A stretch of DNA of 64,000 nt from Octopus vulgaris (GCA_951406725.2 OX597829.1:15996001-16060000); one strand, 5' to 3'. Positions 1 to 14,760 are shown, counted from the stretch's first letter. Numbers and translations: made by a program. The notes: generated by a model not told the origin, from the letters alone.

Positions 1-884
1 TGCCAGATATTACACAGCCAGGTGTTTATGATTAAAATAACTGAAGCAGTTTCCAACAGTATGGAAATGTTCATGATAATTCCTGTAGACATCACTATGA
101 CTGTGCCTACGTAGTTCTATCACTCATTTAGGATACTGTTTGATAAACTAATAACACTAGCTGATGGAATTATCTTTAGGAATGATTTAATCTTCTTAAA
201 AATAATCGGTTGAGCTTCAAACAGCCAAGGAGCCGTTAATGAAAACCAGATTTAGGAGAACAACACTTATGCCGATTAAATAATTCGGTATCTGTAATGC
301 GTTGTTGATAATAAGATTATAATTTTTCTAAGTATTAACTAAATGTTTGGATAAAAGGGAACAGCGAATCGGTAGAATCCTAGAATGTTGGCTTTAAGGC
401 TGCCTTTGCTATCGATCCAAACCTAGCCGAAATCAAATTTCAAAGTCAATAAATAAAGTTCCAGTTTAGAGAAGTGAGCCAGTAAAAATGTTAGAGTCTT
501 GGATTATATATCGTTTGACCATAAGGAATGTCTCTTTTCTTTTTTTCTTTTTCTTTTTTTAATGTTCTGAGTCTTTGAATTCTATCTCAAATGTTATCTC
601 TTATTACCAACTTCTTTATGGCAGGAAAGAGGAATGCTTGGCCCTAGTTAACTGTGCTAAATCTCTAATGCCAGTTTGAATGATGTGTCTATTGGAATAA
701 TATATCAATCGCAACGAGATCCAAAAAACCAAATTTTTTCTAAAGTGAGATGCGTGATATGATAGGAAAAAAAGACCAAGTTTAAAAAGGAAAACTTTCC
801 TTGTTTTTGTTTTATTTTGTCTTATTTTTAAGCTTTTACACACATTCACATATTTACATATACACATACATACATACATACATA

Positions 885-1240
885 CATATTCTTTTACTTC
901 TTTCAGTCATTTCACTGCGGTCAAAATGGGTTTTTAAGTCGATAGTACTTATTCTATCGATCCCCTCTATCGAACAGCTACTTTACGGGGACGTAAACAC
1001 ACAAGGATCGGTTATCAAGCGATGGTGGTGGGACAAACACAGACACAACGACATACACACATAAATATATATATATACATATGTGTTGGTACATGTATAC
1101 GACGGGTTTCTCTCCGTTTCCGTCAATCGAATCCACTCACAAGGCTTTAGTCAACCCGAGGCTATAGTAGAAGACACTTGCCAAAGGTGCCACGCGGTGG
1201 GACTGAAACCAAAACTATGTGGTTGAGAAACAAGCTTATT
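885..1240 (-). mobile_element. tRNA-derived CORE-type SINE (family B), bipartite with (TG)n linker
   Basis: Reverse complement matches the copies at 22514-22920 and 57420-57863, including the CORE-like CTT(T/G)GGCAAGTGTCTT segment. Confidence 0.8.
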
Positions 1241-1318
1241 GCCAAGCACACACACACACAAACATACATACATATAGAGCTAACCAAACGCTCACCCATC
1301 AATTGCAGTCATATATAT

Positions 1319-1320
<2 letters not shown>

Positions 1321-1394
<74 letters not shown>

Positions 1395-1396
1395 CC

Positions 1397-1448
<52 letters not shown>

Positions 1449-1458
1449 CCGCGTGTGT
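1321..1458. repeat. (GT)n microsatellite with two GACCGC interruptions
   Basis: Seen directly. Confidence 0.98.
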
Positions 1459-1510
1459 ATCGTTGTTGTGTTTTCTCTTTGTTCAAGTTTCGATTAACTA
1501 TATATATATA

Positions 1511-1664
1511 TCGTTAGCCACTATACACATTTTTTTCTCTCCTTGTTTTTTCTGTGTCCCTTTTTGTAGAAGAGCGTAGGCTCGAACGTAAAAGAGTGTT
1601 ATACTAATAAATCTGTTTGTTTCGTACACCACCTGTCTTCGTCTTTTGTTTTTTCGTAAACTCT

Positions 1665-1667
<3 letters not shown>
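1511..1667 (+). mobile_element. Short PLE-like non-autonomous element with degenerate minimal hammerhead, ending in (TA)n
   Basis: Homologous to 24131-24340, 58648-58836 and 59136-59322; carries TTGTAGAA-GAGC-GTAG-GCTC-GAA-CG-TA-AAAGA. Confidence 0.65.
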
Positions 1668-1748
<81 letters not shown>

Positions 1749-1859
1749 TATGTTCTACGCAGTTCAATGTAGAATAGTAAATTTGTGTGTTTGAGGATAG
1801 TTAATGAGTTGGATGTGGTACTGAAGAAGGATCAATGACAATTGAAATATGCATATACA

Positions 1860-2250
1860 CCTAATACTTACTTTTCTATCTTCCACCTCAGCAAATATAT
1901 TGCATTGAGGCGATCTTTTTTGTATAGCTACGCTGCATGTTCCGCCGTTACTTTTACACCGTGTGGTGACCATAGTTGGGAGCAGTAGTCTAATCGTTCA
2001 TCAGGTGCTATATTTCTGGTTAAGGATATTATTTTAAACTGTAGTTAATGAAGAGAAATGCTATTTCTGAATTTACAGACCCATTCATTATCTAAATGTC
2101 TGAGATAAAATTGTTATTGTTTATAAAATTATATGATTTTTCAACTTATTTTGTAAGACCTCAGCATTGAGAATTCTAATTTGGTAGAACTAGTAGAGAA
2201 GCTAACAAAGTGCTTTATGGTCAATTGTTATGTCCGTTGACGTTCTGAAA
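1860..2250 (-). mobile_element. Decayed CR1-like LINE ORF2 fragment
   Basis: Minus strand reads RLDYCSQLWSPH and, after a frameshift, QRSYTKKI; this is the typical post-RT region of CR1/L2 elements. Confidence 0.6.
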
Positions 2251-2506
2251 CCTGGTGACGTTTAACCTTTGTACATGTAGGGGGGGGGGCTCGATATTGT
2301 TGCAGGTCATCTTACCTTCGATGTAATTCCCAGTCCGAATCAAAATATGTGGAATGGAAATTTCTTTGAATTACAGGTAGAATCCATTGGAAAGGACTTC
2401 ATACAATCTCTACATACATCTGCATTCGTATTCAACCGATCACTTAGTGAATATAACAGCTAAAGGAAGAAGATAGGATGGTCACAGCTATATGGCTGGA
2501 CCAATT

Positions 2507-2544
2507 ATATATATACATATATATATATGTATATATATACATAC

Positions 2545-2588
<44 letters not shown>

Positions 2589-2804
2589 ATACATACATAT
2601 ATATATATACATATATATATATATACAGAGAGAGAGAGAGAGAGAGATACATACATGCATACATACATACATACATACATACATACATACATACATACAT
2701 ACATACATACATACACACATATACTCGCAACATTAAATATGTTTCTGTTTGTGCGTGCGTGTGTGAGTCTGTGCATGTGTGTCTGTGTGTCTGCGTGTGT
2801 GTGT

Positions 2805-2857
<53 letters not shown>

Positions 2858-2870
2858 CGTGCGCGCGTGT
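2507..2870. repeat. Compound microsatellite (TA)n-(GA)n-(CATA)n-(GT)n
   Basis: Seen directly; it explains the overlapping low-complexity ORFs. Confidence 0.97.
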
Positions 2871-3147
2871 GTTTTAAGTTAGTGTTTTATGTAATCTTTG
2901 GTTCTGACCGGTCAGAAAGTCACCATTGGTTTCACGTCTTAGCAATACAGGCGACTCATGAGGCCTGATGGTTGGAAGTAAATAACGTCTTGACTAATAG
3001 AAATAAGTGAATGGTCTTCGTCAGAAAGGTTGTAAAAATACCCTGAAACAAAGTTCTTTGAAATGAAAGCCCCTTTTGATCGAAATGGATTTATATCCCT
3101 TTGAACGGTTCCAGTTGAGTCCGAAAAAGATCAGTTGATGAACAATT

Positions 3148-3222
<75 letters not shown>

Positions 3223-3223
<1 letters not shown>

Positions 3224-4127
3224 ATGCCGATGCTGACAAAGCCCTTACCCATCAATGGCTAATGGCATCTGGCTTAAAATCTGAAACAGAAGGGTTTATC
3301 ATAGCAGCTCAAGATCAATGCCTACCAACAAGAAACTACTAACCCAACATATTAAAGAACGGCAGTAGCCCAACATGTCGTGTATGCCGACAACAAAATG
3401 AAACCATTGATCATGTTGTCTCCAAGTGCAGTCTTCTTGCGCCTACAGAGTATCTTAACAGGCATGATAGAGCCACACAATTTATTCACTGGGTAATTTG
3501 CAAAAGCCTGGACTTGCCCCATGATAAAAACTGGTGGAACACAAACCACCTCCAGTGCTTGAAAATGATCACATCTCACTCCTCTGAAACTTCATTCAAA
3601 CTGAAAAAAAAAATAGATGCAAATTGGCCAGACATTATATTGAAAGACTTCAGACAAAAATCATGCCTCGTCATTGATATGACTGTCCCAATCGACATAA
3701 ACTTATCTGTCAAGACCTACCAAAAACTGAGCAAGTATAAAGATATTGAGATAGAAACTGGTAAAATGTGGAACCTGAAGACTAAAACAATACCTGTTGT
3801 CATGGGTGCCCTAGGAATGATAGCAAAAGGGCTGATTCCTTCCTAACTCAGATACCAGGAAACCTCAAAATGGCAGAAAATTGAAAGATAGTGCTCTTGG
3901 GAACTGCCCATATCCTACGTAAAATACTGTCTATGTAATCTCAAATTTTAAAACAAACTCATAATTTTCTTGTTTTCTTCAACATTCTCTAGAACAATAC
4001 TATGTGCAAAACCAAATATATGACACCCAAGGTATAACACCAACATGAACCTCTAACTTGTTGTCTCTTGTGGTCTTTGGGTGAGACTTCGTGTCAACTT
4101 GTACAAATACAAAGCAAAAGTCAAACA
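3223..4127 (+). mobile_element. R4/Dong-like RLE non-LTR retrotransposon, 3' fragment with 3' UTR
   Basis: Translates to GLKSETEGFIIAAQDQCLPTRNY, a CCHC knuckle (CRVC...ETIDHVVSKC), RHD, and the RLE motif WPDIILKD...LVIDMTVP...K..KY, with stops and frameshifts. Flanked by (CTAT)n and (TAA)n. Confidence 0.88.
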
Positions 4128-4800
<673 letters not shown>

Positions 4801-4822
4801 GGTGGTGGTGGTGATGGTGATA

Positions 4823-4877
<55 letters not shown>

Positions 4878-5041
4878 GTAGAAACAAAAATAGGAGACTA
4901 CTATATGTAGTAAAGCAACCATACTCTGGGATATGCCGATACACACAGATAGAGAAATTAAGGCCAACAGACCAGATATAGTTGTCAGAGATCATGAAGA
5001 AAAAAAATGCTTTCTAATTGGTGGTGGTGGTGATGGTGATA

Positions 5042-5117
<76 letters not shown>

Positions 5118-5159
5118 GTAGAAACAAAAATAGGAGACTACTATATGTAGTAAAGCAAC

Positions 5160-6420
5160 ACGAGAAAAAGAAAACGTTTTTCTCTACACACGAGGAGGCG
5201 ACAAAATACAAAACAGAAACAAATTACACTGATATACTGACCTCAGGTGACAACATAGCAGAAATGGTCAGAGACAAATAAGAACGTGAAAACAGAATTA
5301 CGAAACATAATAATAAAGAAATGGAAAGAAAAGTTACTCCATGGCCAATACCCTGCAAAGCTTGACAAAGAAGAGCAGGCATAAGTAAAGACCAACAATG
5401 GCTCAAAAATTCTAGACTAAAAGCTTAAACGAAAGGACTGATTCTCGTTACAAAAGACCAATGTCATGCTACGAACAACTATGAAAGCAAAATAACGAAA
5501 ACGGGACCTAGCTCCAAATGCAGAATATGCAACCAGCACAATGAGACCGTTGACACCATCTTTGGCTGTCCAGTCCTTGCCAAATCTGGATATAAATACA
5601 AATACGACCGAATAAGTAGTTATATTCACTGGACAATATGCCAATACTACTACTTAAAAACTAACAATAAATAGTGCTAGTGCATGCATATACAGCTGCG
5701 TGCGTGCGCACATACACGTGAGTACTGTCCAAATCTCCAACCAATCACATGCAGCTAGCTGGCATTCAATTGGCGTATCAAGTTTCAGGCATTTTGATTG
5801 GGTTTTGGATAGAAAATTCACAAAAAAGTCACTTCTATTTATTTTTTTAATGGCTTTGCGGGGTGACAGGGGAAATGTAAAGATGTGCACGACCACCCTT
5901 CGACGGTTTTGAATGACCATAGCAAGTGCGAGCCCTCTAACTGAAAAATTGTGGATTTGTATAAAGGACACGCACGCAGACATTTTGCCGTTTATATATA
6001 GAGAGATAAACATGTGCCAAACAAGGTACATGACAATGACCAGGCCACAATCATCTGGGGTATGCCTGTTCAAACTGACGAAGAAATAGAAGCTAATTTG
6101 CCAGACATTATAATCAAGGATAGAGAAAAAACATCTGTTTATTGATAGATATTGCAATTGCTTTTGATCAAAATATTATCGAAAAAGAAGTGGAGAAATT
6201 GTCAAAGTAAAAGACCACGAAAATGAAGTATTCAAGGTGTTGAGCATGAATGTCAAAACAATACCAGTAATGATTAGTTCAGTTGGCATGATAATAATAA
6301 AAACATCTACACAAGATACTATCAATTCAATAATACAATTTGAAGAAAATAATCCACATACACAAGATACACTCTATACAGCAAATATCAATTGAAATAA
6401 ACTACCACAAGCAAGCTAGT
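5160..6420 (+). mobile_element. Third, older R4-like LINE fragment interrupted by a non-autonomous Helitron
   Basis: HGQYP, CRICNQHNETVD...GCPVLAKSGY; after the insert, IWGMPVQTDEEIEANLPDII and CLLIDIAI. Confidence 0.8.
5671..6006 (-). mobile_element. Non-autonomous Helitron, copy 1 (3' hairpin truncated)
   Basis: 5' end reads A^TCTCTCTATATATAAAC on the minus strand; body matches 27924-28266 and 34773-35056. Confidence 0.8.
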
Positions 6421-6664
6421 TACCCAACGCATTGCACACACAACACACAATACAAACACAGACACAACAAAAGGCTGCACCACACCTCAAAGAAGAGAGA
6501 AAGAAACTGACACAATACAGTACCGGGAAGGGTTTGCACACTTCTAGCGACAAAAGGAACACACAACCCTGCACACACCCCAGCAACACGGATATATAGC
6601 AGGTGATGCAGTAGAAATTTGCATAAAACTACCAAATATTGAACAATGATAATATTACTTATAA

Positions 6665-7280
6665 TAATTTCAAATTTTGGCACAAGGCTGGCAGATTTGA
6701 GAAAGGGACTAAATCGATTGCATCGACCCCGGTGCTCAACTGGTACTTATTTTATTGATCACGAAGGGATGAAAGGCAAAGTCGACTTCAGCGGAATTTG
6801 GACTAAGAAGGCAAAGACGAACGAAATACTGTTAAGCATTTTTCTTGGAGTGCTAACGATTCTGCCAGTTTGCCACAAGGCCAGCAATTTCAGAGGACAT
6901 GGTAAGTCAATTACATCGACTTACAATTGCTCGACTGGTCTTTATTTTATTGACCACAAAGGATGAAAGGCAAAGTCGACCACGGCAGAATTTGAACTCA
7001 GAACGTACACACAGAGGAAATACTGCTAAACATTTTTCCCGGCGCGCTAACGATTCTGCCAGCTCGCCGCCTTGATGATAACAATAATGGTTTCAAATTT
7101 TGGTACAAGCTCAACCATTTCGAGGGAAATGTAAGTCAATAACATTGACACCAGTATACAACTGGTGCTTAATTTATCGACCCCTAAAGGATGAAAGGTA
7201 AAGTCGACCACGGTGGCATTTGAACTCAAAACGTAAAGATGGACGAAGTATCGCCAAACATTTTGTCCGCCTTACCTTAT
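6665..7280 (-). mobile_element. Cluster of partial tRNA-derived SINEs (family A, tail B)
   Basis: Repeated GGATGAAAGGCAAAGTCGAC...GGAATTTGAACTCAGAACG core; tail GGCCTTGTGCCAAAATTTGAAA followed by (TTA)n. Confidence 0.85.
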
Positions 7281-7290
7281 AATAATAATA

Positions 7291-7860
7291 CAGTACCAGG
7301 CAGTGGCTCTCGTAGCTTCTGACCTTAACTGATTGGAAGTGTTATCATGTACATTGTTTTGTCTTGGTATAAAAGATGGGCTACAGCAAATATTCTGCTC
7401 AATACCACAGATTTGCTTGTCAGTTGTTTGACCGTAACCAGTTGAGCATGTCCCTTAGTGGCTGATGATATGTGCATCTCTGATCACGAGCAAAAGTAGT
7501 TGGGGAGCATCATAGCCATGTGTTGAGAGGGATTCTTTGGGGTTTGAATAATTCACCTCTGGAAACATGGGTGTTTCGTTCAACATCCTTAAACAACCCT
7601 TATTCAGGGATCTTTTGAGCGGGATGGGTTACTCGACCAGAAGACAATTCTAACTGGGCCCCACCTGCAAGGTCATGTATTGTTTATCTTGATATGAAAT
7701 CACCATGTCGCGCACATATGGTTGTGATGCATGTGCCTGGTGTACCCTTATCATATGGATAGTCATGATGGGTATACTGGGCTTTGTATATTTTACCCCA
7801 GTGTCACTTTGATGGCATGCACTGCTCTCTCACTCAATAATAATAATAATAATAATAATC
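7291..7860 (+). mobile_element. Non-coding LINE 3'-UTR-like fragment embedded in (TAA)n
   Basis: Bounded by TAA repeats on both sides and ends CACTC(AAT)n; no ORF. Confidence 0.5.
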
Positions 7861-8297
7861 CTTTCAGGTATTTGCACAAGGCCTGAAATTTGGGGGAGAG
7901 GGATAGTGGATAACATCGACCCCAGTGTGCAACTGGTACTTGTTTTATCGACCCCGAAAGGGTGAAAGGCAAAGTCAGCTACAGCGGAATTTGAACTCAG
8001 AACGTAGCGACTAGCGAAATACCGATAAGTACTTCGTCCGGTGCGCTAACGATTCTGCCAGCTCGACGCCTTATAGCAATAATAATAATAGTAGTAATGA
8101 TAACAAGAAGAAGAAGAAGAAGAAGAAGAAGAAGAAGGGGAGGAGGAGGAGGGGGAGGGGGAAGAAGGAGAAGAAGAAGAAGAAGAAGAAGAAGAAGAAG
8201 AAGAAGAAGAATGATGATGATGATGATGATGATGCGGGGGAGGAGGACGACGACGACGACGACGACGACGATGATGATGATGGTGGCGATGACGATG

Positions 8298-8353
<56 letters not shown>

Positions 8354-8670
8354 TATTATTATTATTATTATTATAATCTTTTCTACTATAGGCACAAGGC
8401 CTGAAATTTGGAGTGTGCGACTTGTTGATTACATCAACCTCAATGTTTCATGGGTACTTAATTTATCGACGCTGAAAGAATGAAAGGCAAAGTTGACCGC
8501 GGTGGAATTTGAACTCAGAATGTGAAGAACGGATGAAGAACGGATGCCGCTAAGCATTTCACCCGACTTGTTAAACGATTCTGCCAGCTCCAGATTTTGG
8601 CACAAGGCCAAGTTCAGAGGAGAAGTGGGGGGTGGGGGGTAACTCTACTATATCGACCCCCCGCCCCAGT
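7861..8670 (-). mobile_element. Family A SINE copies separated by a (GAA)/(GAT)/(TAA) compound microsatellite
   Basis: Family A core at 7960-8070 and 8460-8590. Confidence 0.8.
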
Positions 8671-9495
8671 ATTCAATAATAATGAGGTCGGTCGATGACC
8701 ACCACCACGACAAGCAAGCATGATGGCGTAAGCAGTAAGTAGTAACAGCGATGACGGAGACCGTCACCACGAACACCACTTCTACGACGACTACCACAAA
8801 GCGGCGGCGGTCGCCGCCGCATCAACGCTGAACATCAAGACCGCCATTACTACGACCACGACGCGCTAACCACGAGGACGGCGATGATGACGTCTACAAT
8901 TTTTGGGTTTTTTTTGGGTTTTTTTTTGTTTTTTATCGAATCGATCACTAACATACGATAAGGATCGAAGATGAAACTTGTTCCAAATATAGTGTAAAAA
9001 TAATTATTATAGTGTAAAAATAATTATAATAATTGTTGATCTGTTAAGTATGAATAAAATTGTCCTTCCCCTAAACATGTAAATCGACTTGAAAAAATAT
9101 TTCTGTAATTTTTAAAATTATCTCTCCTTTTCTTTCAGAGCTTTTAACTTTTACCGCTAGATTTTCATTTCGATTAATTAGGAACAAGTTCGGCTTTTAG
9201 CAGATCAACCTTCAACTTTTACTATCCAAATTTCAGGCACATACCAGTTATTTCCCTTAGATCTTATTAAGTTTTGGTTAGGAAAGGACTCTCTTAAAGG
9301 GAATGTCCATAACTGTTACTATCGTCAAAATTAGTTTGTTAAATCTATTACAGCCTCCAGTCTTGTTAATATTTCGTTCATCTCCTTTATACACTTATAT
9401 GTACTATGAGTGTGCGCGTGCGTGTGTGTGTGTGTTTGTGTCTGTGTGTGTGCTTGTGTGTAGATACACAAATATATACACACACATTGATAGCC

Positions 9496-9610
<115 letters not shown>

Positions 9611-9624
9611 GATATGTATAATAG

Positions 9625-9840
9625 TCTCAAATTTTGACACGAGGCCAGCACTTTTGACGGTGTCGGGTAAATGGATTGCAATGATCCCAGGGTTCACCTG
9701 ATACTTGTTTTATCGAGCGCGAAAGGATAAAAGGCAAAGTCGACCTCAGCGGAATCTGAATTCGGAAAAGTAAAGACTCGTGAAATTCCGCCATGAATTT
9801 CGCCTGGCTCAGTAAACGATTCTGCTCGCTCGCTGTCTTC
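9625..9840 (-). mobile_element. Family A SINE (tail B)
   Basis: Core GGCAAAGTCGACCTCAGCGGAA. Confidence 0.8.
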
Positions 9841-10079
9841 ATATAGAAATATTATTTATATTGTTGTTACTGCTGAGTTGTTGTTGTCACCGATGTCGTT
9901 ATGTTTCCCCTATGGTCAGTTAAGACCATCCTGTCCATTTTTCTGGGGGTTTTTTTCTTTTCCTTTTTTTTTTTCAGAGGCTTCCTGGGTTTTTTTAGGA
10001 CGGTTGGCTGCGACATATTAGAGGGACGTGATTGCTACATTTTGAACATGCTGAGTAACTGCATATAGGCTATTTTTTC

Positions 10080-10122
<43 letters not shown>

Positions 10123-10357
10123 TGCGTGTGTGTGTGCCTCTGTGTGTGTGCGTGTGCGTGTGTGTGTGTGTGTGTATGTGTGAGTGCCTGCGTGTGGGTG
10201 TGTGTGTGTGTCCCGGCGTGTGTAAGTGTGCCTGCGTGTATGTGTGTGCCTGCGTGTGTGTGTGTGTACGTCTGTGTGCACCTTTGTGCGTGCATATATG
10301 TATGTATGTATGTATGTATGTATATACGTATGTATGTGAGTGTGTGTATATATATAT

Positions 10358-10685
10358 ATTTCTTTACTACTCACAGAGGGGACAATCAAGGACAGACAAA
10401 TGGATTAAGTCGATTACATCGACCCCAGTGCATAACTGGTACTTAATTTATCGACCCCGAAAGGATGAAAGGCAAAGTCGACCTCGGCGGAATTGAACTC
10501 ACAACGTAGCGACAGACGAAATACCCATTTCTTTCCTACCCACAAGGGGCTAAACACAGAGAGGGCAAACAAGGACAGACAAACGGATTAAGTCGATTAC
10601 ATCGTCCCCAGGATGAAAGGCAAAGTCGACCTCGGCGATATTTGAACTCAGAACGCAGCGGCGATTCTGCCAGCTCGCCGCCTTA
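10358..10685 (-). mobile_element. Family A SINE partial dimer (tail A)
   Basis: Head + core + tail + core + tail, with junction GAAATGGGTATTTCGTC. Confidence 0.85.
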
Positions 10686-10704
10686 AAGTGTGTGTATATA
10701 CAGT

Positions 10705-10890
10705 AATGTAACTACACGTGCTGTTGGCGATTTCTTTTCCTTCTTTGTGGACTTTCTCCTTTCTTCTTTTCGACGAAGATCTATGCTCGAAACGTCAAAG
10801 CCTCTCTTTCACCGAGTGTCAAGCTAATACATTCCTTGCTGTGCACGTTCTCATTAACGTTGTCCGTTAATTTCATTCGTTTATTTGAAT
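10705..10890 (+). mobile_element. PLE-like fragment with minimal hammerhead-like motif
   Basis: CTTT-TCGACGAA-GATC-TAT-GCTC-GAAA-CG-TC-AAAG at about 10766-10800. Confidence 0.55.
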
Positions 10891-10934
10891 TTTTTTTATT
10901 GATTACACACACACGCATACATACATACATACAT

Positions 10935-10981
<47 letters not shown>

Positions 10982-11369
10982 GATGAGCAAAAGAGATCCC
11001 ACAGAGCGTACATTTTTATCTTTTACTTGTTTCAATCGTTGGATTGCGGCTATGCAGAAGCATCGCCTTCAAGGCTTCAGGTTTGAACCCTATGAACCAA
11101 TCACACTTCTTTTTCTTTTAAATCTAATATTTATTCTATCGGTTGCATTTACCGAAGCGCAAGTTTACTATTTTCAAACGGTGCGGGGAGACAAGAAAGA
11201 ACACAAAGACACATATTATGCTCACATGCTCACACACACACACAAAGCGCGCGCGCACACACACATACACACACACACTCATACACAATTATACATATTA
11301 TATATATATATACAATTATATATATATAGCAGTGGGAGTTGAGTAGATCCACTCCTCATTAATGCTTCG

Positions 11370-11620
11370 CTATAGTGGGGGCGCGGCCCTGTTGAAGATT
11401 TCTCTACCGGCTAACAGACTGTAGCTGGGTTGATTGAAGTTTCTGCGGACACAGTTTTCTCATTTGACTTTCTTGTAAGGCTTGTCCGTCTTCAGGCTTA
11501 GGGTTACGTCCAGGAATTCGACCTTTGTCATATTGATGGTGAAACTGTTAAATTGTTAAACTGTTATTGATCTCAACAAATATATAGAGAAGGATATGTT
11601 GGTGTTATTTTTCCAAATCT
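11370..11620 (-). mobile_element. Decayed Penelope-like reverse transcriptase fragment
   Basis: Minus strand reads TKVEFLDVTLSLKTDKPYKK...NQP, matching the PLE FLDVTL...PYxKP...SNHP region. Confidence 0.6.
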
Positions 11621-11766
11621 TTGTAGTAGTAATGTATTTGAGCAGAAATGGATCGATTAATATGCATGATTCATAGATAGCGGAATTATGTAATACAGAT
11701 GTACCCGAAACGCGCGTAAGCTGATAAAAAATGTATGAGTTTCCAGTGTCGTGTGTGTGTGTATGT

Positions 11767-11819
<53 letters not shown>

Positions 11820-11820
11820 C

Positions 11821-11857
<37 letters not shown>

Positions 11858-12046
11858 ACTATACTCTGTGATATTACGCTGATTTTTTTTGACTGCATGA
11901 ACTTAAGATTTACAGTTAGACAGGAAGCGAAATTTTACAGGCTACATGGATTGGAATGACCTTCACTGGTCAATTTGATTGGTCAGGCTTAATTCCTACA
12001 GAGGATTTAAAAAGTATTCGCCTAGATTTTTAATTCTTTTTTCTTT

Positions 12047-12112
<66 letters not shown>

Positions 12113-12146
12113 CATGTATGTATGTGCATATGTATATGTATCGTAT

Positions 12147-12329
12147 TAGGACAATTGCCCCCCCCCCATACTACAATTTCCCCGATGATAACTACACCCT
12201 AGGGCAATTAGACCACTTTGTTAATTACTCGCTCTCCAGTATATTAAGAAGTTTTAAATAATCATCTATTGTCCTCAGGCGTAATTGTCCTTCGGGAGGT
12301 GGTTATTGTCCATGGGGGTAAATGTCCTA
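12147..12329. mobile_element. MITE with repeat-rich TIRs (Mutator-like)
   Basis: TAGGACAATTGCCCCC and GGGGGTAAATGTCCTA are inverted ends, with internal GACAATT/AATTGTCC subrepeats. Confidence 0.55.
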
Positions 12330-12339
12330 GACTCATATG

Positions 12340-12393
<54 letters not shown>

Positions 12394-12403
12394 TGGGATA
12401 AGG

Positions 12404-12503
<100 letters not shown>

Positions 12504-12749
12504 CCACAGTCCTATATATTGGTACATCTTTAAATGTATTTTACTGCTATCATGGCAACTGACAGGAGCATATAACTTAGTGATTAACTCATTCGCTAAG
12601 ACCCTTTTTTTCTTCTTCTCTTTTTTGCTCCCTCTCAAGATTCTCTCAGTAAACTGAAAACTGAGACACCAGTGTTGCAAATATTCATTTAAAAGACACT
12701 TCAAAGTTGATAACTAATTAAATATATCGTAATTGATATTGATAAAATA

Positions 12750-12960
12750 TTGGTATCAAATTTTTGCACAAGGCCAATAAGCTCGGGGAAGGGTTTCAGT
12801 CAATTACTTCGACACCAGTGTTCAACTGGCACTTATTTTATCGAGTCCGAAACGATAAAAGCCAAAGTCGACCTCGGCGAAATTTGAACTCAGAACTTAA
12901 AAGATGAATGAAATATCGCTAAGCATTTCGCCTTGCGCAGTAACGATTCTGCTAGCTCGA
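12750..12960 (-). mobile_element. Family A SINE (tail B)
   Basis: Core and tail match the other copies. Confidence 0.8.
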
Positions 12961-13822
12961 ATTTTGCTTGTGGCCATATTAAAGGACTTTTGGATACAAA
13001 TGAGATTAAATGGATAAGATAGATAGGGTTTCAATAGCGAGGGTCTCAAATTTTAAAATGGAACTTGTATTAGACATCTGCTTTCAGAAAAACCAACAAT
13101 GTTTAAATAATTAATAATTATATTTTACATGGAGTTCCAGTGCGAGGGAAGTCACGACAAAACAGTGAATCCCCTACAAGCTCTGTATTTGAAATTTTTG
13201 ACTGGGGATTACCTAGTTCTGGATTTGATTCTGCTGAACGATATTCAGAGACTTTTACGGTCTACACTGACCTTGGAAGTGAATCGGCCTTCTTTCTCGT
13301 CTGGCTGAGCAATAAAATAATTTCTTTGACAGAAATAGAACAAGCGTAGAACAGCAGTGGATTGATTAATCATTGAGCAAAATAAGCACATGCTTATGGC
13401 ATCAAGAGAGTTTGGGGAGCACCACAGAAATGATAGATGGTTTACGGCACGAAAGAAATCACTTTAAGCTTGCTAAAAATAATATTCGAAGTGGTTTTAT
13501 AATTGGAATTATAATTTTGAAGTGTCCATGATGTCATAGTGAGGATCTAATAAATGACTTTATAATTAAAAAAAAAAGTAGGAGAAAAGTTTTCAAATAT
13601 AAAGTGGAAGTATACAAAAATAAACAATATCATTTTCTATTTTACTGTTAGTTTGTTTCATTTTGAAAACAAAATTATTATTTTATGATTTATTTTTGTT
13701 TATATAAATATTAGGGCACTAAAATCTTGGAAGTGTTATGGGTCTTAATCCGGTCTTAATTTTCGAAACAAATTCTGAGAAGCATGTCTCATCCATATTA
13801 ATATTCGTTTGATAGAAATGAA

Positions 13823-14052
13823 AGGCGGCGAGCTGGCAGAAACGTTAGCACGCCGGGCGAAATGCTTAGCAGTATTTCGTCTGCCGCTACGTTCTGAGTT
13901 CAAATTCCGCCGAGGTCGACTTTGCCTTTCATCCTTTCGAGGTCGATAAATTAAGCACCAGTTACGCACAGGAGTCGATGTAATCGACTTAATTCTTTGT
14001 CTGTCCTTGTTTGTCCCTCTGTGTGTAGCCCCTTGTGGGCAGTAAAGAAATA
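13823..14052 (+). mobile_element. Full-length family A SINE (tail A) with TSD
   Basis: A-box-like TGGCAGAAACGTTAG, B-box GAGTTCAAATTCC, core GCCTTTCATCCTTTCGAGGTCGATAAATTAAG; TSD AGAAATGAA at 13814 and 14053. Confidence 0.92.
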
Positions 14053-14489
14053 AGAAATGAATTCAATCAATATCCCTAGAGCAGTTTATGACTACATGAT
14101 TTAGTACAAATATAAGATTTAAGTTCGGACGAGGAAAAGTGTAGAAGATTTTAATAATCTGAAATCACAAAACGAAGGGACATAACTTGTTTCAATCTAT
14201 GAATTTTCAAGCAATATTTTATATAGCATTTTATAGAATGTGATTTTCAATGTTGGTTCGTAAAATGGTAAACAGATACTGTAGGAATGTTTTCCCTGGT
14301 GATTCAAAAGTCTCAGAACTATTATAGAAATCCTTAACGTATGCTAATAAAGTACTTTTTCAAAATATGTAGAATATTGAAGGGATATAAAAAAAATCTT
14401 TTTTTTTCAGAATTATTTCCCTTGCATTTTAACATTAATTGACACTCTTGTGTAGATTTCATTTCAATTTCCTTTCTCTACTGAATACT

Positions 14490-14760
14490 TATACATACAT
14501 ACATACATACATACATACATACATACATACATACATACACACACACAAACATATGTACATACGTACGCACGTGCATACATACATGTATACATACATACAT
14601 GCATACATACATACAAGCATGCATGAATGCATACATACATGCATACATGCATGCATGCATACAAACATACACACACACATACATACATACATACATACAT
14701 ACATACATACATACACACACACATACATACATACATACATACATACACACACACACAGAC

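Noticed and set aside
1-330. Hydrophobic minus-strand peptide (GTVIVMSTGIIMNISILL) as a possible membrane-protein exon
   Set aside because: It is preceded by in-frame stops, has no convincing splice acceptor and is cut by the window edge.
1811-1862. CTGAAGA...GAAA-TATGCATA hammerhead-like string
   Set aside because: Stem II does not pair convincingly and it borders a CR1 relic; chance cannot be excluded.
2925-3030. Minus-strand CTGACGA ... GAAA-CCAATGG
   Set aside because: Neither stem I nor stem II can form.
11700-11725. CCC-GAAA-CGCGCG-TA half-hammerhead (a similar half motif occurs at 45700)
   Set aside because: There is no CUGANGA upstream.
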